This document shows positions 1-11,784 of a stretch of DNA of 64,000 nt, one piece after another. The stretch is from positions 137,433 through 201,432 of the forward strand of contig NW_019218148.1 of NCBI RefSeq assembly GCF_002571385.2, in the 5' to 3' direction. This DNA comes from Stylophora pistillata (taxonomy: Eukaryota). The notes under the pieces were generated by a model that had not been told where the DNA came from, ran no database searches, and saw nothing but the letters and a program-made list of their open reading frames with translations. Position 1 is the stretch's first letter, and the number at the start of each line of letters is the position of its first letter. Position numbers and translations under genes: made by a program.

Positions 1-14
1 AAGGATTGACTTAC

Positions 15-470
15 TTTACAGAGTGAATTCCTTGCTTGTGTTCCCACGAGCGAAGCGTCTTATATTTCCGAACAGCTTGCTGTTTGTAGCCAGATCCTAT
101 CAAGAATTCTTTTACAATCCACTCCTCCATCATCAGAGGGACTCCTTTTAAGCTTTTCTGCCAGTCTTTCAGCTTTTGTAGGCATGCAAGCGATGGAATA
201 TCAGTTTTTTTCGTAGTGACTGTGTCATGTTTACTCTTGACAGAGCCAGAAGTCGATATGTTCAAAGCATTGCAAACGCCATTTACGAGTGCTTTTTTTC
301 CAATTGACTTTTCAAAATCAATTGTTAAAGCTCTACAGAGCTCTTTTAATTTTGGTTTTGTTGAACCAGAGACTTCTTTGTAGGTTTTTGGATATTTCAG
401 GCAAGGCTTACTTTTCGAAGCACAAGACGCCATTTTTTTCATCCAGGTTACCCCCAAGGCGCAAGGCATG
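15..470 (-). mobile_element. Exon of a probable DNA-transposon accessory gene (SWIM/YqaJ-type ORF2 N-terminal region) inside the SGSM intron
   Basis: ORF 11..544 ends at a splice donor (GTAAA|GTAAGT, exon boundary at 15). The segment 'WQKSLKGVP...VKEFL...VRKYKTLRSW' resembles the region that precedes the SWIM finger in transposon ORF2 proteins and does not resemble SGSM. The family call is inference. Confidence 0.35.
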
Positions 471-950
471 ATGGGTATGCGCAAGAAGAGAATAACTGTA
501 ACTTTGTGCGATCCAAAATCTGTGTATTGCGTCACCTTTCTCAATACAAAGAGTTGTGAGTCAAAAGTTGAGGTTAATCAACCTCATCCACTCACAACTA
601 GCACTTTCAGACAGAATCTTTAGGATTCTAAAATTTGTTTTAAATAGAGAAAATTGCTTTTTGCAACTGCATAAAGCATGTGCTATGAGCTGGGTTCCCA
701 ACAATTGCAATTACAATTTGCATATCCTCTTCCCATCCTCTCCCCAGTGCCCTGGTCATGCAACTCATGGTTGTGCAGATCACTTGAAATCAAAGACTTA
801 ATATACACTTGTCGGCCAAAATTAAAAGAATCTTATTGCCATTTTAATGGAAATTCATAAATGATACACTTTTGATACAAGTACCTACTAACTTTGCATG
901 ATAATTCTATGTGCAAAAGGTAATTTTTCCTATTACACTGTTAAGTATAG

Positions 951-1045
951 TCAAAGTTCATCATGGTCAGTTTCTGTGGGCTCATTGTCAGTCTCATTTT
1001 CATCGTCACTATCATCATACTCGTCATCATCATCAATGCATAAAC
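951..1045 (-). CDS. Candidate acidic terminal exon (G)LCIDDDDEYDDSDDENETDNEPTETDHDEL*
   Basis: Strong acceptor (atgattttcttgcag|GT) at 1045. Phase-1 compatible with SGSM exon 1681-1501. TGA at 953-951. Confidence 0.4.
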
Positions 1046-1064
1046 CTGCAAGAAAATCATACAT

Positions 1065-1356
1065 TACATACATACATACATACATACATCTTTATTTAAC
1101 GAGGGTAACATATTAACTTATACAGTTTTCTAACATACGGCCCTCACCTTCCCACCCCAGGGGAGGACATCCATCACACAGTAATCTTGTGCGTGGGAAA
1201 TTAATGTCTCCTACCCCCAACCCTGCAGGAGACGGGACCTCCATTTATTCATTCCTATCTGAGAAGACTACAATATCTCACCATTTCTTGATGTTATAGA
1301 AAGGTAGCAAATTCTTCTCAATTATTTTAAGACCCTGAGTGTTGGTCCAGCCAGGG
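1065..1356 (-). mobile_element. 5'-truncated SINE with (ATGT)n tail
   Basis: 1141-1356 is the reverse complement of the SINE body at ~32215-32445. It ends in TTAAATAAAG plus (ATGT)n. Confidence 0.8.
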
Positions 1357-1500
1357 ACAGGCTGTACAGTAATACCTTTGAATCATTCAAAGGTATTACT
1401 GTACAGCAAGAAGAAATTTGATGGTGGTCACTCTTGGGGTTCAAAGAGGTTAAAGTAATAATGGAGTTAGCTATAAAAAGAGTTTGTCGTGTAGCCTTAC

Positions 1501-4500
1501 CATGCTGATGACAGTGAATATACACCACATCATTCAAGTTCACTGTCAGTGCATAATCCCAAAACTGACTCTTCTCCCGCTCACATGAACCACTCATCAA
1601 CTTATTAGGTGTCCATTTCAGAAGCAAACTCTCATTGCTTTTATGTAATGACAAGTATCCAGCGATGGGGTGTTCTTCATGCTGTGAAAGGAGACAGAAA
1701 CACAAATACTGAGCAAAAAAAAATTTTTCTTTGGTCAAATTACATACATAAAATTTACATTTAAATAAATTAAAAGTCACTCTAACCAATTTGATGAGCC
1801 ATAACTTGCACACTGTTTCTGTGTACAGATTGTACACAGTATACAACTTGGAATCAAGTCAATCAAGTCACATAAATCAGTCAAATTATTCTCCAGTATC
1901 AGGATTAATGGCCAAATTCAACTGCCGTTCATAATGAAGAACTCCAAGCTAACATAAACATCTTGAAAAAATAAAACTTGCAAAGCCATGGAGTAGAATC
2001 CATCTTAAAATTCAGGAGCAATATATATATATTTAGTATAATTTCAGAACTGAGCAAAGAGTTTCCAGCAATCTGATTGGTCGAGCGGTTCCTTATATGA
2101 CGCTATATAAACCGCTCCACGCGGTTTATATAAAATGTTCAACTAAAATGTTAATAAATGTTACTAAAATGTTATGATTTTAGAGATTTCTCAGTTGTTC
2201 AGCTCTGAAATTATACTAAAATAATTATTCGCCTCAGGTTCGGTGAATATTGTTGAATAATCCCCTCGACTTCGTCTCGGGGATTATTCTACGATATTCA
2301 CCTCGCCTTCAGCGAATAATTGTTAAATATATACTCACTGGCTCAAGGTAAACATTGTTTTTCCCATACAGGAGGGCAGCATGTGAGTTCTGGTGAAGAG
2401 ACTCTATGTGCTCTCTTGCTAATAGTGGAGCCACCGCTAGGTTTTCATCATAAGAGGCTTTTGTTACTCCCAGCTGTGGTCGCTGAGATGTTGGTGTAGT
2501 AGGTGACTGCTGACATAACCCACTGTGTATTCTGTGCCTTTGAACAAGCTCATCTGCTGTTGGATCCGTCCAGTAACTATCTGGTGTTTTCATCTTTGAA
2601 AAGTCCAAAGCACTTGGACCATCTGTGGGTAAATTAAATAGAAACATAACAGTTTAAAACAGGCTGCTTGGTTAAGCAAAGAAAGTTAAAATAGAAAGAA
2701 GCAGATGTCTGTCACATTAATGATAAAGTACCTTTCTGAAATTCAACTTCAAGATTTGCCATGTATAAAATTGGTGTACATGTACTTACATCTGACTAAT
2801 AAAAATAACTAATGATAATAACTACTGCATTCCCAAAGTTTCTATTTAACTACAATATAATAAACACTATACTAAGCAGCAGGTGTCTGAGGCTTTATTA
2901 TAATCCCCTATTTGAATTTCAAGCCACAAAAAGAAAAAGCTAGCCACTCTTTATCAAATTACAGTGCATATATCATACATACTAAAAATTATTTGACAAC
3001 AATTAACTATAACTGTGTTCATGAAATGTCTGGTTTACAGATCATCTGTTTGTTGGAAGCACATGTAATAAAATTTTGTTATTGATGAACCACTGCATAA
3101 ATTTGATGAACCACTGCATAAAGTTATGAAAAGCTTTAGTTTACAACCAATTTTGTATTTTTGAAAAACATTTCTTTGGAAATTCAAAGCTTGAATATGT
3201 ATGAGAAATTTAATCTGCAAAACACAATTAAAACAATTAACACATTCAAATTACAATGTCATATTGCAAGCATATGTCACACATCTTCTATAATAGGATA
3301 TTTCTATTTCTAAGCTTAGCAACAGCTGAAAAAAATTCATGTCTTCAATAAAAACATTATTTTCACTTCTTTGTCTTTTAATAAACGATACAAATTTAAA
3401 GACTCACATTTTCAAAGAACCTCTCGAAGGTCAGGGTAATAAAGGAATTGATTATGGTACTCGACTGTCACACAGTGACATTAATTTATCCCAGGCTATT
3501 TGATGAATTTTTGAACACCAATTTTTATTTCTTAAAATATCAAGACTTAGTTCACTTTGTTTTCTATGTAATACTACATTTAAAACACAAGTAGCCAAGA
3601 TAACAATAATCCCAATCAAAACTGCTATGTTTTCAAGGCCAAAACACTTCCATGATCCCTTAACATCGGAAGAGTTAACTAATCAAATTGTAATGATCTT
3701 TTGGAACAAGACAATGGTAAAAACCATAAAAAGAAATGAATAAGAAAAAATATGTTAACATTCAACTCAAACGTGACTAATTAATTCAAGTTGCAGCTGA
3801 CTATCAGTAACTTAATCTTTGGTAAATAAATTTCAAGGCTGTGCTCCCCGAAAAAGTGAAGGGAGCCCACTGCTCTGAAACTTTGAACTACAGGGTGCCC
3901 GGCATATGCTTTTATATGAAAAAAACTAAAATTCCCAAGTTGCCCAAGAGTGAAAGTAAGGTGCTAGGGGCCACCAGGCACTGCTAGACTACAATCCTGA
4001 ATTTGATTCTCCCTTGCAGTTGAAGAAACAATCATGATTTCCGCTGGTTTTGCTCAGTACATTATCTGTTCATATAATCCCAACCTGAACACTTTTTCTC
4101 ATAATACAGGAAATTTTTTTTCATTTTTTTTTTTTCAGATGTTTCATTTTCACAAACTTGTCAGGGAAACACTGGACTTTTTCCTAGTATCTCTTTTAAT
4201 TAATGATTTGTCTCAGTTTTTCATCCCATCCTCCAGTAACTTGGCACAATTCAAATAATTTGAATTTTTCCTAGGCCAGGTCAAGTTACTTACTAAATCC
4301 CACTACATACATACATACATACCTAATTATACTTTATTTAATCTCAAGTTTGGAGTAGCTAAAGTATAAGCTAGTTTAGAACATAGCTAGCAGAGTCGCG
4401 CAATCAAATTCATTATACGTAAGCATGCTCAAAATCCCGATAGTGCACGCTGATAGCGTCAGCAAATCCGACTTCGCCAAAAATGTTTTTTCTCCTGTGA

Positions 4501-7500
4501 GCCGCCATTGTTAGCGAGGGGAAAAATAATACATTTCGCGACAATAATGGATACAAACAGAAACTCGGCCTACTAGTCTGAAAACAAAGACAACGTTTCG
4601 ACCTTTTCCCTTGGGCTAGAGTTCTTAAATGAGGCAGAAAAAGAGAAAAACAAAGGAAAAGGAGACTCAGCATCAGTGCCATCACGATTCGCTTCAACTG
4701 ATATTGTTGTCTGTTTTTCGCACAGATTTTAATTTAACTCTTACGTTTCTTTCGTGCTCTCCAAACTTCCCACGTGCTCCATAACTCGATAGTGCACGCT
4801 AAAGCATGAACCAATTGTTAAATCTTGGAGTTACAAGTACAATTCTAAATACTACTAAAGTGTAAAATTGTGACATTCTAAAATTTAACTATGAGAAAGA
4901 GTCATGCTGTAGAATCTTGCGCTTGAAATCAGAAAAGTCAGACGTTCTAAGATTTCGAAAGAGAGTTCCATAGTTTTGAAGCCATATATGAAAGGAGTGA
5001 AAACCACAAGTAGTAGTTTTTGTAGACGGTAGAGACAAAATATAATTTCCGCATAGATTATATGGGATCATGCAGACCGGGATCATGCAGACTGGAAACT
5101 AAACATATTCCTTAGATGGCCTGGATAGCAGTTAAAAAACAAGCTCTTGTACAATATAATTAAGAAAGTCTAGCTGAAGGCATCTTTTATATAGAGATTT
5201 GGAGTTAACTTTGCTAAGTAGAGAGTCATAGGGAGAATTATAATTTGCATTTGCATTTGCATAACTACATTTGCATAACAGAGCAAGGTTGATTGATAAG
5301 TCACAAAACATGCAACCACACCATTTGAAGTTACCAGGGACTATACACCTGTCCAGCTGTATATATAAGATCGTTTTGATCATTTTAAACTAACATGCTC
5401 TCTTCATAACAGTTTTCAAGCAGGCTACAACTTAATATAAAGCATTTACTTTAGTAACTAAAAAAATATTCGTTCACAAAATAATCAGCTTGACACAGTA
5501 TCATTTGCAAATGATAGGTCAGCCAATTTTAACAATAAGCTGACCACAGAGATTCACTTTCCATCTAAAATAAAAGCAAGTTTCTGCATTATGTACATTT
5601 TTTTAATTATGATTTTTGCATTAAATGTGAACATCAGACGGCTTTTTGCCATTTTTCCAAAACAAGTGATTTAAGAATATAAGAAAAGTGAGTAAAATAA
5701 GAGTTGCCATTTGCCACCACCACTAGTGTAATGCCCAAGGTCATTATTTTTACCTCACTCCACAAGAGAAAATGTTCTTATTTAACCTCAACAATAGATA
5801 AGACACCTACAACAAAAACTGACAACTCATAAAAATGCAGCATATTTCACTGTGCCCAAACTTTCATGCCCATATTTGTCTCACCATTATATCAAAGGAA
5901 CTCTAAGGAGATGTTTTATGCAATCACCAATATACAGAAACTTCTGATCACTAATTTTGCAGCAACTGATACATGGGGATGAACGACAAAGTTCTACTTC
6001 TTAAATCATGACAGCAAAGAATTACAAGGCAATTTATATTGCAGGTGTGTGCAATGAATGAAGCTGACTCCCCCCATATGAATATGATTTTTTATCTCTG
6101 TTAAATCAACAGAAGAAATTTGTCTGGTTTTCATTTGTCTCCTTACGTAATAAATTCTAACTTACCAATTGCTAGCAAAAAAAAGAAAAATCCAGAAACA
6201 AGATCACTGAAATGATGTGTTTTCTAAAGGTATAAGAGCTTTGGTTTGAAAATAGGAACAGAACTTGGACATCTAATTAGGAATGCACCTACAAAATTAA
6301 AATATGTATGACAACCAACAGACTGCATTTATGTTTGAAACTTATCAGTTCAAATAGGTCCAGCGGTAATTTATAAGAAGTAAACCATCAAATGCATCAT
6401 TAAATATCTGTCTCAAAAGACAGCAGGAAACATTTATTTATCATTCAGACACTGGTTTAAACTAAGACAATGAAATGCTTGGGTTGCAATCCCATCCAAA
6501 CTAAATGTAACAATATTTTAGAAGCAAACAAGTCACATCAAGAAAAAACTCCAATCAGTCACACAGTAAAAGTTAACAAAGCATTAATCCAAGGAAAAGA
6601 AATCCTTGCAAGCTCATTGTATTTTGCTTACCTAAAAGTTCAATGAATATTTTTCCATCAGCTGGGTCACTAAGTAGTGCCTCAGGCTCATAAAATTGAC
6701 TGCAAAACACACAAATTACCTTTTGTAAGTCCACAATGACAAATAAATCCATTTTTAATTGGGAGAAAACTTCACCGTCATCTACCATCACTTATGCTCT
6801 GTGGTGATACATTGAAATTATCAGACCTTCTTCCTACACTGTACATGTGGAACATGAACATATGCACTGACTAATAAATTAAAAATCAATTAATGCAACA
6901 ACAGTTTTTTTCCTTAAAAGCTTTTTAATTGCACACACTCGTATACATGCCTCTAATAATTGCACTGTTGCAACCAATAAAAACAGACCTGTGTGGTACT
7001 GTGTGTAGTGTTTGATGTTATTTCAAACCACCCTTCTCCCCTCACCTTGCATTATTTTGCAGATCCTCCACAATCTTTCCCAGCAATTTTTCCAAAAGAG
7101 CTATTCTAATCCATAAAAACTTGCCACAGTGGCCACTGATGTTATATCCATTTATTTTCCTACTGCTACCATTCAATGTAGAAAAGTTGAATTTCAACTT
7201 GAGTAATGGGCTTTCTGCAGAACCTGGTGAGATAAAAAAATTCTGCAAGCTGGAAAAATTTTAACTGAGTATCAAAAAAAATGTGGGATCATTGCATAAG
7301 CTTTGCCTTGTTGTGTATTTAGTTCTATGACTGATATAAGGAAGTCCCACCACACTTTCAACCAATCAGATGTAATTTTACTAAAAACTTATCTTGACTT
7401 GCATTTTCCCATCTTTAGGCCTTTTTGCTAGTTTAAAGGTCATCCAACAAATCTGCAACTATCATTCAATGAAATACCTGCTGATGTGTTCTTTGTCCCA

Positions 7501-10500
7501 TCCTTGTTCTTCTCTTCTTCCCCAGAGAGTTTTTTAACCAGTTCAGCAGCAGGTTCTGATAAACGAGCAAGCTTTTCCAAAACAGCCTGGGTGTCCTGAG
7601 CAGGAAGAAGACCAGCCGCTCTTTTCTTCAAGCCATGTGCAATGCCTGCCTCTACAGCACCTTCAAAAATGTCAAAGACAACTAAACTGAAAAAATCTGC
7701 TCAAACCATTTTAAAGCCCTGAGAAAACACCCTCAGTTTAGGTCAATCAATCCACTATTAACCCGTTAACTATCACAATCTGATTGTTAATTCTTTCCTC
7801 TAGCTGCTACACACCTCCTTGTAAATTAGAGACAAGAATTTGGTGTTAGATCAAGATGACTAATTCTACCTGATAAGTTTAAGTAATGGGAGAAGTTACA
7901 TGTTAATCACATCTAGGAGTTAGAAGGTTAAATTTTAATTTGATTTTCCCAAGAACCATGTTTATACATTATCAAGTTATTAAGTGGTAATGACATTATG
8001 GGTCATGCCACAGACAGATATAAAAAACACTTTGTGATACCCAGCATACTAGTGCGGAAGCCGAAAGGGGACGATCCAAAAATATTTTTCAAGTCCCGAA
8101 AAATATTTCAAATCGCAATATTTATTTTAAACTCACTGTCGAAAAGTTGGACAAATCCAAAGATATTTTGCAAATCCAAAAAAATATTTAGAAATCCAAA
8201 AAAATTTTTTCAAAATCCGAAAATATTTTGCGAATCCAAAAAAATATTTTGAAATCCAAAAAAATATTTTGAAATCCAAAATAATTTGTTCAAAATCTGA
8301 AAATATTTTGCAAATCCAAAAAAATATTTTGTCACGTGCTCTTTGCGCCAGCAGTCATCCAGCGTTTTCTTGCCATATCCCGCATCATCCCACATACAAA
8401 ATGGCGAAGGAACAAGAATAGAGCATGTTCTGTCATAAATGTGGAAGAGAATGTGGGAACAATGAAACATTCTGCCGTTGTTGTGGAACACTAAAATGGC
8501 GTGAAGAGGAAAGTGTGTTGTCCAGCTCGGGAGACGAAAGACTGGCTATAGAACATTACTTTAATGAGGGATTTCGTTACGAGACCATTGTTCATTTTCT
8601 GGCAGAATACCATGGGATTTCAATGAATGTGAGGACTTTGAAGAGAAGGCTACGTCACTATGGGTTACAAAGAAACCACCTTCATTCAGAACACACTGTT
8701 CGGGAAATAGTTAGACGAGAAATTGTTGTAAAATGGGGTTGACAGGCCTACACGACTCCCCAGCACGTGTTTAGAGTAGCCTATTCAAAGTTTGGCCCCA
8801 TTGAGTATGTCTTTGGGCGACCGTCCTCTTTTGTAAGATACGAGAAACGGATTTTTGTATATTTCGTTAAGTAGTGGTTGTGTTTCAATTAAATACCAGT
8901 GTCTCACAAGAATTTGCTTTAGGTTTGGCACTGATGGTTGGTATTGTGTAACACAAAAGGCAAGACTCGTTGGTTCGTCTTTTGTTTCTGTTGAAGAGCT
9001 AATTTCCTGTTTTTTAATTCACTTCTGAGAGGGTTGTGCTAATGAGGTCCTCTCGGTAGCCTCTCTTTAGCAAATGCGCTTCATTTGTAATTTTCTCCTC
9101 AAATATTGTTTGAGAGGAGTTTGTTCTTAGAAGTCTAAGGGTCTCCCCTATTATGAAGTCTCTTTTAATTCCTTGTGGGTGACAGGAACTATAGTGTGTA
9201 TACAGAAATGTCTCAGTTTATTTAAAATGAGTACACACATCAGGGATTGCGTCTTTTTTTAATCGTTCGCCTTTGTAGATGTACAGCTATTTATTTCACT
9301 GTCTCGATCGTTAAGTTGTCTTGATTGCTTTCAGCTTGCGCCACGCGCGCTGATTCAATCGTACTACAGTTCTTAGTGTTCCCATTTAACACAAAATTTT
9401 TTGGGATTTCAAAATATATTTTTGGATTTTGAAAATATTTTTTTGGATTTCAAAATATTTTTTTGGATTCGCAAAATATTTTCGGATTTTGAAAAAAATT
9501 TTTTGGATTTCTAAATATTTTTTTGGATTCGCAAAATATTTTCGGATTTTGAAAAAATTTTTTTGGATTTCTAAATATTTTTTTTGATTTGCAAAATATC
9601 TTTGGATTTGTCAAACTTTTCGATGGTGATTTTAAAATAGATATTGCGATTTGAAATATTTTTCGGGATTTGAAAAATATTTTTGGATTGTCCCTTCTCG
9701 GCTTCCGTACACTAGAGAGCAGTGAGTTTTGAATTGATTCAACAGCTGTAAACAGAGAAAATTACATGGTTTCACTAAATCCTTTGTGTGACACAAAGCT
9801 ATGGTAGATTGAAAGAGGTAAACTACCCTCTCCCCAACCCCCCTCCTCTTCTGACCTCTCCAACAAAGTGACATTTATACAGAGGGCCATTAACCTAACA
9901 CAAGTGAAACAGTGAACATGTCATCTCTCAACAAAAGAGAATTTTAATTATTTACAGTGCTAAGTAACACTCCTACCAATAACTAGCATTTTCTCTGCGG
10001 TCACCATTTTCATTTTCATTTTTGAAAGAATTGATATTTTTGGCTGTTTGAAATTCTTTGGGAAATCTTTACCTATCATATATAATCTGTAACTTTCCTT
10101 GCCTACCAGAATATTTCAAAAATGTGGAGTTCAAACCTGAAAAATTTACATGAACCACTTGACTGTCTGAAAATTGAAACTTAAAAACTGAAACAGTATA
10201 TTATTGATGTTAAGAATATTTAATGTTGGTTACAAATACAACTGGAGGATAACATTTAAGATGCATGTATCAAAATCAAGAAAACAAAGTGAAGCGAACG
10301 GTTCACCATTACTGTCGTATCAGGACAACACTTGCAAAAATACAAGAACTAAACTTTGCGTGCTTCAGTGAGCAACGATAAAAAAATAAATTCATGCTCT
10401 GTGTAAACAGTGATTTGATATGAAAATCCGTTTCACGAATTTTGCAACTCGAGCTTTGTGAAGGTTTTTTTGGTGTTTCATCGCTTTCCAAACCATATCT

Positions 10501-11784
10501 ACCAAAACGACTGTTTAAAGTAAGGCACTCCAAAAAGTTATCCTACATTAAAACTATAGAATAACGAAATGACAACGGGGTGCCTATTAATATAAAATTT
10601 CCGATATTGTTGGTCGCGAGACACCGCTAATTTTATTAGGAAATAGCAATTTATTTTATGTGGATACAAAGAGTTTTATAATTTCCAAAGATAAACCAAA
10701 ATATATCACGTAACATCAGTAGTTGAAAACTCCTCCTGAATTATTTGAGCAATCAATAAAGTACTTAATTCGCATTTTTATTTTACGCACAAGTTCACAG
10801 CTAGAAGGAAAATCTTGGATCTTAATGAGTAGTAAGAGTTTTTATTAAAAACCATTGAGCGCAACCTGTCAAGGCTCACATTTTTTGTTATTTTTGATGT
10901 GAGCTGCGTCGTATGAAACACCCGTCCAAACCACACGGGGAATTTATTTGTTTTGATTTTTGTGTTTGATGCCTGCAAAAGCGCGTATCTGGTCGATTTG
11001 CTACTTCCGTACGTGTCTTCGGACACAGGTGAAAACCAAGTCTGATCCCAGAATCAAGAAATAAAATTCTGTGAGTCTATGAAATTCAATTCAATTAAAG
11101 GGCGGGTTTGTGCGTTGAAGCTAGAATTGCTTCCGCGTTTTAAATTCCCATTTTAGCATGCATATAACACTCCACGGATCGACCGCGAAGGAAATGCTTT
11201 AAAATCATACCCAATCAAAATATACAGCCTACAGAAACACTTCCAGTGTTTTTACGATCTTTAAAATTGTCCTTCAGTCGGAAAAATTGTGTAAGAAACA
11301 AATGCAATACTTCTTACCACAAAGGGAGGTTATACTGGAGCTGTCTGCGTGAATAAACTTCCTTGTGACAGCTTCTTCCATAAGTTGTTTGACCTGGGAA
11401 TCGACAAAACAGGTCAACATTTTTAAAACACGAGCATTTCTATCTTTTTAACTTAGCATTGCCAAGGAATTATAAGCACAAAAAATTTTGAAGTGCACGA
11501 CTGCATAATGTAATAAAATAAAGCTGTATATTTGGGAGTAAGCGAAAAAGCGCTATGGAAAAAAAATCAAGTGATTGATCGCTCGACGTTTAAATTTCAC
11601 GAGCGACAACAAAAATGCGCCTTACCTCTTTCTTGAGGTTTTCCAACAATTTCTTTCGCACCTCCGCATCTGAAAACAAAGAAAATAAATCCAAACGTTA
11701 GCATGTCTTTTTCGTCGAGAAGTATTCCCTGAAAGTGCCACAAAACAGTTGTTCTTCGTGAAATTCACCTTTCGAGGGAGCCAT
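1501..11784 (-). CDS. SGSM1/2: Small G protein signalling modulator 1/2-like (RUN + PH-like Rab-binding region), 5' part; the TBC domain would lie beyond the left edge
   Basis: Exons 11784-11769, 11669-11626, 11393-11318, 7660-7478, 7223-7046, 6699-6632, 2622-2339, 1681-1501, all GT-AG and in phase. Peptides [52 protein letters not shown]...LKWTPNKLM and YIHCHQ match SGSM1/2. Confidence 0.93.
2034..2328. repeat. Non-autonomous repeat with a palindromic end (possibly Crypton-associated)
   Basis: Near-palindrome at ~2222-2322 (ATTATTCGC...GAATAATCCCC / GGGGATTATTC...GCGAATAAT). Related diverged copy at ~27770-28050. Confidence 0.55.
3834..3999. mobile_element. hAT5-like MITE (degenerate)
   Basis: Ends CAAGGCTGTG...CTACAATCCTG, flanked by the 5-bp direct repeat AATTT (3829-3833, 4000-4004). 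Confidence 0.5.
4305..5390 (-). mobile_element. Decayed LINE (L2/CR1-like) 3' end, interrupted by another repeat
   Basis: Minus-strand remnants [20 protein letters not shown] / [10 protein letters not shown] typical of a LINE ORF2 C-terminus. AATAAA plus (ATGT)n tail at ~4305-4340. Confidence 0.55.
4410..4824. repeat. Interspersed repeat shared with 47710-48240 and 49153-49680
   Basis: Shared motifs CTCCATAA(C/T)TCGATAGTGCA..TAAAGCATGAACCAATT and an inverted copy of TCGCGA.AATAATGGATACAAACAGA.ACTCGGCC. Confidence 0.7.
8053..9709 (+). mobile_element. Non-autonomous IS3EU-like DNA transposon with long TIRs, in SGSM intron 3
   Basis: Ends TGCGGAAGCCGA...TCGGCTTCCGTA. About 280-bp inverted arms made of AAATCCAAAAAAATATTTTG-type subrepeats. 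Flanks TACTAG/CACTAG (5/6 match, 6-bp TSD). Internal ORF 8425-8742 has a CxxC-CxxC ribbon and an HTH-like '[36 protein letters not shown]'. Confidence 0.75.
8727..9290 (-). mobile_element. Penelope-like retroelement fragment (RT C-terminal region) nested in the transposon
   Basis: Minus-strand translation with stops and frameshifts: [38 protein letters not shown]...[17 protein letters not shown]...[17 protein letters not shown]. Confidence 0.75.
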
